A DNA stretch of 50,310 bases from a virus, in the IMG/VR virus record IMGVR_UViG_3300008807_000160, positions 1 through 50,310 of that record. One strand, 5' to 3'. Under the pieces are notes generated by a model, which saw only the letters and a program-made list of their open reading frames with translations, was not told the origin of the DNA and made no database searches. The translations under genes and the position numbers were made by a program. Positions 8,108 to 15,845 of this stretch are shown here, piece after piece; positions within the stretch are counted from its first letter, which is position 1; the number at the start of each line of letters is the position of its first letter.

Positions 8108-8121
8108 GCGCAGTTGCGCTT
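8106..8121. terminator. Short hairpin between convergent genes (possible bidirectional terminator)
   Basis: AAGCGC-AGTT-GCGCTT: 6-bp stem with no clear U-tract. Confidence 0.3.
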
Positions 8122-8128
8122 CACTTCC

Positions 8129-8335
8129 TCAGGGTAATCCACGCGATATGGCTTCGGCGATGGCCGTTACCCCCTCCGGGGACAACTCGTAAGTCTCCTC
8201 CCACAACGAGGTCATTGACGGGAGAAGCTTGACAAGATCGGGGCGTCCCTCGGCGAGGCCCGAGAGCACGGGGCGAAGATCGTTCGGCCCGTCCGCCAAG
8301 GTAATAGTCGTTGATTTAATTCCTTGTAGGCTCAT
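8129..8335 (-). CDS. Hypothetical protein (68 aa)
   Basis: ORF-track ORF; last gene of the leftward block. Confidence 0.55.
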   Translation of the reverse strand: MSLQGIKSTTITLADGPNDLRPVLSGLAEGRPDLVKLLPSMTSLWEETYELSPEGVTAIAEAISRGLP

Positions 8336-8346
8336 GATGGTTTATC

Positions 8347-8622
8347 TCACGGAATGCGCGGAAGTGGCTCGGCGTCGATCAGGTCTTCGTCGGGTATCCA
8401 CCTGGCGCGAGCCTCGGTGTCCATGTTGACGCGATCCTCAAACTCACGAAGCGTCATCCAGCGATGCTGGCCCGGGAACTGTTCGTCATCTCCGCCGGTC
8501 CCGCACCAGTCCAGCTCAAGCCGCTGCCCAATATACGGCTGCATGACCGGGCGCAGTGTCGTTACGTCCTTTGGCTGAAATGTCGCCGTGATGCGCTTGC
8601 CGTACATCCAGTCGTCACTCAT
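8347..8622 (-). CDS. Hypothetical protein (91 aa)
   Basis: ATG 8622 with GAGGGA SD. The longer 153-aa version (start 8808) overlaps the upstream gene. Confidence 0.6.
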   Translation of the reverse strand: MSDDWMYGKRITATFQPKDVTTLRPVMQPYIGQRLELDWCGTGGDDEQFPGQHRWMTLREFEDRVNMDTEARARWIPDEDLIDAEPLPRIP

Positions 8623-8632
8623 GATCGTTCCC

Positions 8633-8836
8633 TCAGGGCGACTTAGGCAGAAGATCGTATTCGACCCAGTGAGTGACGCGGGCGCAGGACACGTGCTCTC
8701 GCCAACCATCAACGGTTTCGGATATGTGCCGCGTAGCGATATCTGGGATGTATTCTTCGCCATCCCACCAAAGCACGACGCATTTGGTGCCGTGTGGCGG
8801 CAGTCCATCCGCTGCTAGCTTAAATTCGATTGCCAT
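8633..8836 (-). CDS. DUF551-like small protein
   Basis: 67 aa. Pattern GLPPHGTKCVVLWWDG....THWVEYDLLP resembles phage DUF551 (from memory). Paralogous to 14561..14836 and to the C-terminus of 16271..16831. Confidence 0.55.
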   Translation of the reverse strand: MAIEFKLAADGLPPHGTKCVVLWWDGEEYIPDIATRHISETVDGWREHVSCARVTHWVEYDLLPKSP

Positions 8837-8851
8837 GGCTCTTTCATTTCC

Positions 8852-9124
8852 TCAGGGACAACGCTGAACCCCTAGCGCGGCGTCAATCATGGAGGTGTAA
8901 CCCGCCCTCCACGCGCGGCCCGACATCCAGTCGGCCTTTTCTCCACCGCAATCCACCGCCTCCATCATCCCAGACGTTGGTTCGCGCATAGCCTTAATAG
9001 CTGCATGGGCCATAGCCCTATACATTCCTGCCATCCGTTGCCCGGGCGCCTTAAGGCAGGACTCCCAATTGCTGCCACCGTGCTCTGCAATGGCTTCTGC
9101 GACGCGCTCTAGCATTTCTGTCAT
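8852..9124 (-). CDS. Hypothetical protein (90 aa)
   Basis: ATG 9124 with GAGG SD; internal start of the 110-aa track ORF. Confidence 0.55.
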   Translation of the reverse strand: MTEMLERVAEAIAEHGGSNWESCLKAPGQRMAGMYRAMAHAAIKAMREPTSGMMEAVDCGGEKADWMSGRAWRAGYTSMIDAALGVQRCP

Positions 9125-9209
9125 GTCATGCCTCGTTTGTGGCCTAATCCTAACTAGCAGGTCTGGGCTCCAATCTGACGTCACTTCAGCGCTCCTTGCC
9201 CTGGAACGA

Positions 9210-9461
9210 TTACGTGCGGATGTTCTGCGGGCCTAGCGGGTCGCTCCACTTCAGATGGTTGCGAGCGTAGACGATCCACAAGGCAATGTTCATGGGTAGC
9301 AAGCCCCATGCTCCGACGACGAATATCCAAACCAGCCAAAGGAGCTGGTTTCCGAGCCCGATTAGCCACGCCTTCGGGTGCTTGTTACCCGCCAAAAGAG
9401 TCATCCAAATTGTGATGACCGACAGAAGCCACGGCAGGTAATTCCTGATCGCGTCCGACAT
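9210..9461 (-). CDS. Three-helix membrane protein (83 aa)
   Basis: AAGGAG SD. Hydrophobic helices are LPWLLSVITIWMTLLAG, LIGLGNQLLWLVWIFVV and GLLPMNIALWIVY. Confidence 0.65.
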   Translation of the reverse strand: MSDAIRNYLPWLLSVITIWMTLLAGNKHPKAWLIGLGNQLLWLVWIFVVGAWGLLPMNIALWIVYARNHLKWSDPLGPQNIRT

Positions 9462-9693
9462 CCGATTTCTCCTTCATCATCTCGGCGCCATGTTGCAGAC
9501 CCTCAAGGTAGGCTGACGCGATCACCTGCCAGAGCTGAAGACGTTGCATGTTCCGTGCTGCGCTCGGGCCGCACAGATGCCACGCATCGGCCCATTGCTT
9601 CTCTGTCAGCCCCATACGCGAGAAGCTTCCCATCGGGACGACAGGAATCTCCGGGCCGAAGTGCATGAAATGGGGCTGTTTGGTGCGGCTCAT
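9385..9693 (-). CDS. Hypothetical protein (102 aa)
   Basis: AGGGAG SD upstream of ATG 9693. The 3' end overlaps the next gene by 77 nt. Confidence 0.55.
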   Translation of the reverse strand: MSRTKQPHFMHFGPEIPVVPMGSFSRMGLTEKQWADAWHLCGPSAARNMQRLQLWQVIASAYLEGLQHGAEMMKEKSDVGRDQELPAVASVGHHNLDDSFGG

Positions 9694-9719
9694 TGCTCCC
9701 TGCTCACCACCGCAGAACC

Positions 9720-9962
9720 CTAGTCGTAGCTCGCTGACATATCTTCGTCGAGCGCTTCGGCCGGCGACATGCCGTCCTCAAAAAACGAGTACCAGCATTC
9801 GGCGCCGGTGATCTGCCAGAGCGATCCACGCCCATAGGGCGCCTCTCGCTTGACGTGCTCTGCATCGAGATCAACCATAAACTTCTCGAACGCATCGCGC
9901 GTTTCCGGCTTGAGCTTGGCCAGAAGGTCGAGGTCGGCGGGAAATCTCTCGTTCGGCTGCAT
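9720..9962 (-). CDS. Hypothetical protein (80 aa)
   Basis: ATG 9962 with AGGAGA SD. Confidence 0.6.
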   Translation of the reverse strand: MQPNERFPADLDLLAKLKPETRDAFEKFMVDLDAEHVKREAPYGRGSLWQITGAECWYSFFEDGMSPAEALDEDMSASYD

Positions 9963-9991
9963 TGTTGTCTCCTGGGTGTGATGATGTTCGG

Positions 9992-10123
9992 TCAAGTGCG
10001 GTTGCGTCTTCGCTTTAGGCGTCGGTCCTGAATCCAGATTGTTAAAAAGATGGGGCCGAAAAACAGAGCCCCTATCGCCAAACAGGCCAACCCTATCGCG
10101 TCGCTTATCGTCCAAATGAACAT
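9992..10123 (-). CDS. Micro membrane protein (43 aa)
   Basis: Not in the ORF track. GAGGAA SD. MFIWTISDAIGLACLAIGALFFGPIFLTIWI followed by RRLKRRRNRT. Confidence 0.5.
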   Translation of the reverse strand: MFIWTISDAIGLACLAIGALFFGPIFLTIWIQDRRLKRRRNRT

Positions 10124-10143
10124 GGTTTCCTCGTTGTTAACGG

Positions 10144-10263
10144 TTAGGACGGCCTAGCTGGCGTAGCGGCCCACACGCCATAAAGCGTGCCGATCAAGAA
10201 GCCGGCGGCTAAGCCGTAAAACAGCGTCTTCCACGGGCCAATGAACAGCAGAAAATCGGTCAT
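10144..10263 (-). CDS. Micro membrane protein (39 aa)
   Basis: Not in the ORF track. GGAGAG SD. MTDFLLFIGPWKTLFYGLAAGFLIGTLYGVWAA. Confidence 0.5.
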   Translation of the reverse strand: MTDFLLFIGPWKTLFYGLAAGFLIGTLYGVWAATPARPS

Positions 10264-10269
10264 GGTCGC

Positions 10270-10569
10270 TCACTCTCCATTCGACAATGAGGATAGGCGC
10301 CGCGACCACGCCTCCTGTGTGAACGCGACGTCAAATTCCGCGTCTGGCAGGCTTGGATCGACGGCTGTCAACGTTCCGTTGAGCGTGATTGGCCCCTTGC
10401 TGACGATCGTGCCGCCGGTCTCGACGGTGACGCGAGCGCAGATGTGGTCCCAGAGCTTCTGCGACAGGAAGAAACCGTATGGAACGCGCTTGCGATCCAT
10501 CATCACGGCCGACATTTCGGCGAGCGTGAAACGCTTTTGAGGCTCGGCGATTGTGTTTGTGGTGCTCAT
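10270..10569 (-). CDS. Hypothetical protein (99 aa)
   Basis: ORF-track ORF in the leftward operon. Confidence 0.6.
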   Translation of the reverse strand: MSTTNTIAEPQKRFTLAEMSAVMMDRKRVPYGFFLSQKLWDHICARVTVETGGTIVSKGPITLNGTLTAVDPSLPDAEFDVAFTQEAWSRRLSSLSNGE

Positions 10570-10587
10570 GCTGGGCTCCGGTGGTGG

Positions 10588-10740
10588 CTACTGATCATCA
10601 GGGATCTTGGTTTCGGCCAGATCAGTGAAAAGCTGAGCCAGCAACCTATCCCACTGTGCTTTGTAGTCTGGATTTTCACGCAGCAGCTTTTCATGGAGGC
10701 TTAGCGCTTTAGCGTGAGCCTTCTTGTCGAGTTTAGCCAT
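10588..10740 (-). CDS. Hypothetical helical protein (50 aa)
   Basis: Hand-translated as MAKLDKKAHAKALSLHEKLLRENPDYKAQWDRLLAQLFTDLAETKIPDDQ. AAGGGGA SD. Confidence 0.45.
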   Translation of the reverse strand: MAKLDKKAHAKALSLHEKLLRENPDYKAQWDRLLAQLFTDLAETKIPDDQ

Positions 10741-10769
10741 CGCGTTCCCCTTGCCTCACTGAGCATCCC

Positions 10770-10952
10770 CTATGTTGCCGGCCAGTAGATAGACCCGTCC
10801 CGCTGGCGTTCGCCCGGTATCTGGCATTTCGCGCACTTCACGAAATTATCGGACTGAGAGTCCACATCACGCCAATCGTGCTCACAGCAGGCCGGATCTG
10901 GTTCGTTGTATGTGCCCCGGAAGCAACCGCGCTCGCTTTCGATGATCCTCAT
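10770..10952 (-). CDS. Small Cys-rich protein (60 aa)
   Basis: Contains C...CC...C..C, a possible zinc-binding arrangement. Overlaps the upstream stop by 4 nt. Confidence 0.5.
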   Translation of the reverse strand: MRIIESERGCFRGTYNEPDPACCEHDWRDVDSQSDNFVKCAKCQIPGERQRDGSIYWPAT

Positions 10953-11170
10953 GGCATTTTCCTAGCGGCATCTATCCGATCAAGAGTACTGCGCATGCCC
11001 CTGACAACGTAGGGGTCGGCCACCTCGGCCAGCAACATCGACAGATCGATATCGGCCAGCCTAAGTGCTTCGCTCATCTCTTCGATCTTGTCTGCGAGCT
11101 TGCCGTACAATGCGCCATCCGCCAGCCGGTCGTCGTGCTGAGCCGCGCGGGCCATTTCCAAGATGCTCAT
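10949..11170 (-). CDS. Hypothetical protein (73 aa)
   Basis: ORF-track ORF, translationally coupled downstream. Confidence 0.55.
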   Translation of the reverse strand: MSILEMARAAQHDDRLADGALYGKLADKIEEMSEALRLADIDLSMLLAEVADPYVVRGMRSTLDRIDAARKMP

Positions 11171-11186
11171 GTTCTCTCTCCCCGCC

Positions 11187-11411
11187 TCACCGAGTAACCC
11201 CTGGCCGTATGGTCAGCGCATCCAGCCCCGCCATCGTCTCATCGTGGCCGGGCAGGTGATGAACCGGCGTGCGTATCTGATGCCCGAAGCACTCGGGATT
11301 CCAGGCGGCTCCGCAGGTGATGTATTCAAATTCCACGTTCATGGTCGGGCCGCCGCAATATGGGCATTGCCCGTCTTCTTCCATCGCAGGCACATACTTA
11401 TGGTCAATCAT
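11187..11411 (-). CDS. Small zinc-ribbon-like protein (74 aa)
   Basis: ATG 11411 with GGAGGA SD; contains CPYC...C. Confidence 0.55.
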   Translation of the reverse strand: MIDHKYVPAMEEDGQCPYCGGPTMNVEFEYITCGAAWNPECFGHQIRTPVHHLPGHDETMAGLDALTIRPGVTR

Positions 11412-11472
11412 GCTGTCCTCCGTTTGTGGCACCCGCTACCAGCGGGCCGCGCCGCTCTCTGCTCAAGACCAA

Positions 11473-11895
11473 TTATACCCCGGTAAGCTGCTCAAGGGCC
11501 ATCTTGCCGAGCTCGTCCAGGCTGAGCGGGCGCGGATCTTTCCCGACTGGCTTGGTGTTCGCCACGGCAGACACAACGTTATCGGTAACGGTGATCGTGC
11601 CGGTGTCTCCGGTTTCCTCGCCGCTCCAGTAGAGTTCGCCGTTGGCCGATATGGTGTGGTCCATCAACCAGCCGCAAAGCCACTTCAGTTGCGGGACGTA
11701 TTCGTAGAACTTCTCGTTGCCGTCCCAAACGATGTGCTCCATCGTGTTCGCCGGCACCCACTGGAAATAAGCGCGAATGCCTGTGATCTTCTCGGACTTG
11801 TCGCTGGCGGCGATCTCCAGCAATTCCTTTGCTTCGGCCATCGTCAGCTTGCGACCGAGCTTAACCGCGCCGGTAAATTCTGTCGTGTATCCCAT
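11473..11895 (-). CDS. Hypothetical protein (140 aa)
   Basis: ORF-track ORF; no motif recognised. Confidence 0.65.
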   Translation of the reverse strand: MGYTTEFTGAVKLGRKLTMAEAKELLEIAASDKSEKITGIRAYFQWVPANTMEHIVWDGNEKFYEYVPQLKWLCGWLMDHTISANGELYWSGEETGDTGTITVTDNVVSAVANTKPVGKDPRPLSLDELGKMALEQLTGV

Positions 11896-11925
11896 GCTAT
11901 CCTCTTGGGGTGTGATGGTGTTCGG

Positions 11926-12105
11926 TCAGGATCGCTTGGCCGCTTCAGCGCGCTTGGTCGCGACTGAAGCAACAGACTTCCATATGATCACCCGGAAGTC
12001 GGCCGGCCACTTCCTGATAGTCAACTCAAGCCCGGCAAGGGAGTCCTCCACGAGGCTCAAAATCTTGTCGGCGGCCGCTATGGCCTTCAGCGTCTGATCG
12101 CTCAT
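11926..12105 (-). CDS. Hypothetical protein (59 aa)
   Basis: ATG 12105 with GGAGAA SD. Confidence 0.5.
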   Translation of the reverse strand: MSDQTLKAIAAADKILSLVEDSLAGLELTIRKWPADFRVIIWKSVASVATKRAEAAKRS

Positions 12106-12172
12106 GCTCGTTCTCCATTCGAATATCCCGAGCCCTCGGCCCGGTAGTTGCCCCGCCACAACGTTGAACCCG

Positions 12173-12415
12173 TCAGCAGTTCTTAAGTGCCTCGCGGCCC
12201 GCCTTTGTGATCCTCCATGCCTGAAGGTCAGCCATCGGAGCCACAAATCCTTTTTTCCGCAGCCGGCCACAGATGGCCGACCCTATAGACTGGTAATTTG
12301 AGCCGCCGCTTCGGCAGTCGTACAGGTTCGCTCGCACGTATTGGCCGATCTGGTGAACATCTGCGTCCATCCGATCATCCAAAAATTGAAGGCAAAGCAT
12401 CTCTCGCTCTGTCAT
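12173..12415 (-). CDS. Small winged-helix-like protein (80 aa)
   Basis: ATG 12415 preceded by GAGGAAG. The C-terminal part GRLRKKGFV...WRITKAGREAL looks like a wHTH. Confidence 0.5.
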   Translation of the reverse strand: MTEREMLCLQFLDDRMDADVHQIGQYVRANLYDCRSGGSNYQSIGSAICGRLRKKGFVAPMADLQAWRITKAGREALKNC

Positions 12416-12422
12416 GGCTTCC

Positions 12423-12644
12423 TCAGTCACCTCGTCGGACTATCGACGTGCTCGCGGCTTGCGCTTGGGTGGCAGGATCTGAGCAAGCAATCCCGACCGC
12501 TTCGGCGAGCTCGACAAGCTGGTATTTCCCGATCTGGACTTCCTCGCCCATCTCGACCAGGTATTCCGGCTTCTCGGCGGGGTTGAAAAACTCCTCGCCC
12601 TTGGAGCCGTCGATCTTCACGTACAGGATTTTTGGCAGCTTCAT
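12423..12644 (-). CDS. Hypothetical protein (73 aa)
   Basis: AAGGAGA SD upstream of ATG 12644. Confidence 0.6.
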   Translation of the reverse strand: MKLPKILYVKIDGSKGEEFFNPAEKPEYLVEMGEEVQIGKYQLVELAEAVGIACSDPATQAQAASTSIVRRGD

Positions 12645-12694
12645 TGTCGTTCTCCTTGTGGATTAGGGGTGTCTCAGTGATCACATCGCAAAGA

Positions 12695-12895
12695 CTAGTC
12701 GTCGCTGTCGGCCTGAGCCTCGGCCCAATCGGCTAGCATTTCGGCCATGCCAACCGCCGTCTTGATGTCCCGGTCGTCTCCGGCATCTTCGACCATGGTG
12801 ACAAGCTCTGTGGCGATCTCCATGAGCGCGTTAAACGGGAGGCCGGCGATTGCCTCGGCAAAGTCGGATCTATCCTGCATCACCTTCACGGGCAT
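12695..12895 (-). CDS. Acidic hypothetical protein (66 aa)
   Basis: GGGAGG SD; very acidic C-terminus. Confidence 0.55.
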   Translation of the reverse strand: MPVKVMQDRSDFAEAIAGLPFNALMEIATELVTMVEDAGDDRDIKTAVGMAEMLADWAEAQADSDD

Positions 12896-12898
12896 CTC

Positions 12899-13123
12899 TC
12901 AGCCTCCCAACCGCGCGAGAGACTTCTTGAGCATGTGCGGGAGCGTCTGGCGTGGATCGCAGGCCCAGCCGGGCGTCCGGTAGTCCTGAAGGTTCTCCAT
13001 CTGCTCGACCACGGTCGAGAGGGTGAGGCCGGTCCGGGTATCGGCGCCGACTGCCTCGCGCTTGAGGATCAGAGCGGCTCGGGTGTCGGCGAAGTTAGGC
13101 AGTCCGGTTTTTTCCTCAATCAT
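12899..13123 (-). CDS. Hypothetical protein (74 aa) flanking the putative attP
   Basis: ATG 13123 (the track start 13177 is a TTG lying inside the repeat region). Confidence 0.45.
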   Translation of the reverse strand: MIEEKTGLPNFADTRAALILKREAVGADTRTGLTLSTVVEQMENLQDYRTPGWACDPRQTLPHMLKKSLARLGG

Positions 13124-13276
13124 TTCAATTTGGCCTTCTGTGAGAGTTAGGCAGTGTAACGATTTGTTAATGCACAATTTTCCGGTAACGCGGCTTTAAG
13201 ATTCGATCCCAATTCGACATTGAAACCATTTGGCTTTTCGCTGCGTTAGGCAGTCTTGCCGTTTCTGTTAGGCAGT
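13094..13276 (+). promoter_or_regulatory. Four direct copies of GTTAGGCAGT; candidate integrase arm-type sites bracketing the putative attP
   Basis: Exact 10-mers at 13094-13103, 13146-13155, 13245-13254 and 13267-13276, all in the same orientation. They flank the 122-bp non-coding gap 13124-13245 next to the int 3' end. Confidence 0.5.
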
Positions 13277-14289
13277 TTGTCCATGGCCTGGCGGGCCATT
13301 TTCTTCTGATTGGCAGCCTTCGTGTAGCGCTCGACTTCCTTCAACGTCTTGTGGCCGGAGACCGAGGCTATCTGGTTCGTTGTGCTGTCAGCCTCAGCAA
13401 GTCGTCTCATAGAGGCCTTGCGCAGGCCGTGAGATACGCAGCGGGATGAGAGGCCGGCCGACCTGATTGCCGATCGCATCAGGGCACTTAAGGCAGGGCG
13501 TTTTAGCGGTCGCCCATTGGCATCGCCCACCAGAGTTAGGCCCTTGGCAGGATATGCCTTCATTGCTCGCTGTAGTTCCGGATGGATAGGCACCCATAGG
13601 TCGGCTCCTGTCTTCTGCTGTACGACGTGGATCAGGCCGTCAGCGACGTCCGCCCGGCTCATCTTTGCCACATCACCGACGCGCTGGCTCGTGTAGAGCA
13701 ACAGCGCATAGGCGAGCCTCTGGCGCGTTCCTAGGCGCCATTTGTCCTCGAACTGCTTCAGCTCGGCGTCGGTCCATGTGTGGTGCTCGCCGACCTTGAA
13801 CGGATCAATCCCCACCATGGGGTTATCCTTGCGGCGCTTGGTCTTGATTGCGAACTGGAACAGCCGGCGCAGCACGGCGCGGGTCAGGTTCGCCATCCCC
13901 GGCTTTTCGGCGCCGATCTGGTTGATGATCTTCTCGGCTGCCTCAGTCGGCATGGTGCTCGCGGAACGGTGCCCGTGCGCCTTGGCGATCGGCTCCAGCG
14001 CGTATTTGTAGAGCTGTCGGCTCGACGGCTTCAGATCCGTATAGAAGCGGCTGCCGTAGAAATCGATGATAAGCTTGCCGAGCGAGTCCGCATGCTGGGT
14101 GACCTTGGCCGCCGCCGGCTTCTCCGCCAGATACGCGGCATAGGCCGCCATGAACTCTTCTGAGCCGGGCTCTCCGGTCAGCGGGCCGATCCGCTTCCCG
14201 CCCTTCCGGAAATACCGACGTAGCTTGCCCGTTCGGTCGATATACTCATCGACGTATCGCAGCTTGATCTTTGCCACCCGCGCCCCCAT
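13246..14289 (-). CDS. int: Tyrosine integrase
   Basis: 347 aa. Catalytic signature: YTSQRVGD (Arg), HGLRKA (H-x-x-R) and GHKTLKEVERYT (Tyr nucleophile). Confidence 0.9.
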   Translation of the reverse strand: MGARVAKIKLRYVDEYIDRTGKLRRYFRKGGKRIGPLTGEPGSEEFMAAYAAYLAEKPAAAKVTQHADSLGKLIIDFYGSRFYTDLKPSSRQLYKYALEPIAKAHGHRSASTMPTEAAEKIINQIGAEKPGMANLTRAVLRRLFQFAIKTKRRKDNPMVGIDPFKVGEHHTWTDAELKQFEDKWRLGTRQRLAYALLLYTSQRVGDVAKMSRADVADGLIHVVQQKTGADLWVPIHPELQRAMKAYPAKGLTLVGDANGRPLKRPALSALMRSAIRSAGLSSRCVSHGLRKASMRRLAEADSTTNQIASVSGHKTLKEVERYTKAANQKKMARQAMDKLPNRNGKTA

Positions 14290-14480
14290 CAGACGTCATC
14301 CCATGACGCTGCGAGTGCTTTGGCCTGGTTGTCAACGGGAACCACTGACGCGTCTCCGCCGTCCACCACAATCGAACCATCCCGGCCGATCATCACCCGA
14401 CGCACACGCAGGCCGGCGCTCTCCGCGGCTTGAACCGCTCGGCGTACTTGGGCTTTGGTGAAGCTGGGGTTGCGGCTCAT
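14289..14480 (-). CDS. Small protein upstream of int (63 aa), function unknown
   Basis: Its stop overlaps the int ATG by 1 nt. From memory, similar small ORFs often precede integrases in Rhizobiales. It is not a recognisable Xis. Confidence 0.55.
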   Translation of the reverse strand: MSRNPSFTKAQVRRAVQAAESAGLRVRRVMIGRDGSIVVDGGDASVVPVDNQAKALAASWDDV

Positions 14481-14560
14481 ATGCGTATTCTACGCTCGCT
14501 TTCGGGTTTCTGGAACGACTGACTTACTTGAAAAATGGTGACTGACTGGCGCGAGCAAAT

Positions 14561-14836
14561 TCAATCGGTTGTCGCGTTTGGTTGGTGTGCCGGAGGCAGG
14601 GATAGCGTCATCGTGTCTTCGGATCTGACCTCGCACCAAAACTCAAAACCGGCCGGGAGCTCTGTCCAGAGGCTGAAGTTCTCCGAAGGAAGCTCCTCAT
14701 ATTCGTCGCCCTCGCAATCGACATAGCCGCAATTGTGGCGCCAGAACATCCTTGAACCAGAGCCGTCATTGTACAGCACGATGAATTTGCGCCCGACCGG
14801 AGGCGGCGTCTCGTCGATGGATTTCCAATCACTCAC
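14561..14836 (-). CDS. DUF551-like protein (91 aa)
   Basis: GTG 14836 with GGAGGTGA SD (GTGA overlap with the upstream stop). Pattern WKSIDETPPPVGRKFIVLYNDG....LWTELP. Confidence 0.6.
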   Translation of the reverse strand: MSDWKSIDETPPPVGRKFIVLYNDGSGSRMFWRHNCGYVDCEGDEYEELPSENFSLWTELPAGFEFWCEVRSEDTMTLSLPPAHQPNATTD

Positions 14837-15096
14837 GGCTTCACCTCCGGGGTGCTCACATGTCCCACAGGATGGCGACTGCCCGGCCTGGATCGCCGCA
14901 ACGACTTCAGCTTGCGCTCGCTCCAGACCTTTCGCGGGTTTCCGTTCCAGGAGACCAGGGCGCTTCGTGTCTCCTGGTCTACCTCGTAAACAACGACGCG
15001 CCACGAGCCCATCTGCGACATTCTGGTGTTGCCCATTTTCTGACGATGGCAATCCCAAAGCACGTCACCAGGCTTGATGGTCGAAAAAGCCACCAT
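14833..15096 (-). CDS. Hypothetical protein (87 aa)
   Basis: ATG 15096 with AAGGAG SD. Confidence 0.6.
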   Translation of the reverse strand: MVAFSTIKPGDVLWDCHRQKMGNTRMSQMGSWRVVVYEVDQETRSALVSWNGNPRKVWSERKLKSLRRSRPGSRHPVGHVSTPEVKP

Positions 15097-15097
15097 C

Positions 15098-15418
15098 TCA
15101 CGCTCCTTTGACACGACTGAGTACGGCCCGGATGCGATCGGCCATGCCACGGCGATCCGTGAAGTTCGGGTGCCCATAGTCGGCAAGGCATTCGCGCAGC
15201 AGTGCCTCCATTTCGGAGCCTAACGAGCCTTCGGGCAGCGGCTCCGGAAACTCGCGCAAATGATGAACGGTTACGCCCTCGACACCCTTCTGGTATGCGA
15301 TGGCGTCTTCGTAGGTCCATCGGCCAGCGTCGCGCACGTCGGCGCAATAGCCTTGCGCTTCCGGTCGGTAGAAGTATCCACGTTTGCGGATGACGTAGTC
15401 GCGCGACATCTCAGCCAT
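15098..15418 (-). CDS. Hypothetical protein (106 aa)
   Basis: ORF-track ORF. Confidence 0.6.
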   Translation of the reverse strand: MAEMSRDYVIRKRGYFYRPEAQGYCADVRDAGRWTYEDAIAYQKGVEGVTVHHLREFPEPLPEGSLGSEMEALLRECLADYGHPNFTDRRGMADRIRAVLSRVKGA

Positions 15419-15845
15419 TGGACGGCTCCGTGGTGTCCTGGGGCGACTGAGCAGCCGCCTCTTTCGCCTTGGCCTGGTTCTTCTGATACGCGGCCTCTAG
15501 GCCCGGATGCTTCATAACTTCCTCGGAAGGCACGAAATCCATCCGGTATCCGTCCGGATAATGCTCGCGAAACTTCTCGTGGCGATCCGGACGAGAGCCC
15601 TCAAGGATTCCGAGGTCGTGGCGCATGTAGCCTTCGTGCGAGCAGATATGCCCGCCCATGCCAGTGCCGTCTTCGGCCAGCAGCACGCCGCTATACCAAC
15701 CCGGAGATCCGCCATTGTTGAAGCCGTAGATCACCGGCAGCATGTGCTCGGGCTGATCGTGCGGGTTGAAAACGGCATAGCGGTGGCCGTTCCATTCCAT
15801 ATTGTGCTGGGCGAGATAAAGCTGTTCGGCTGCTTCGGTTGTCAT
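15411..15845 (-). CDS. Hypothetical protein (144 aa)
   Basis: ORF-track ORF. Confidence 0.65.
   Translation of the reverse strand: MTTEAAEQLYLAQHNMEWNGHRYAVFNPHDQPEHMLPVIYGFNNGGSPGWYSGVLLAEDGTGMGGHICSHEGYMRHDLGILEGSRPDRHEKFREHYPDGYRMDFVPSEEVMKHPGLEAAYQKNQAKAKEAAAQSPQDTTEPSNG

Noticed and set aside
9181-9369. The 62-aa minus-strand ORF overlapping the 3-TM membrane protein gene
   Set aside because: Most of it lies within the better-supported 9210..9461 gene (strong AAGGAG SD, clear TM helices) in another frame. Its translation is Arg/Pro-rich.
13201-13215. A tRNA T-arm-like string (ttcgatccc) as an attP core derived from a tRNA 3' end
   Set aside because: The flanking bases cannot form a T-stem or acceptor stem on either strand, so there is no support for a tRNA-derived core.
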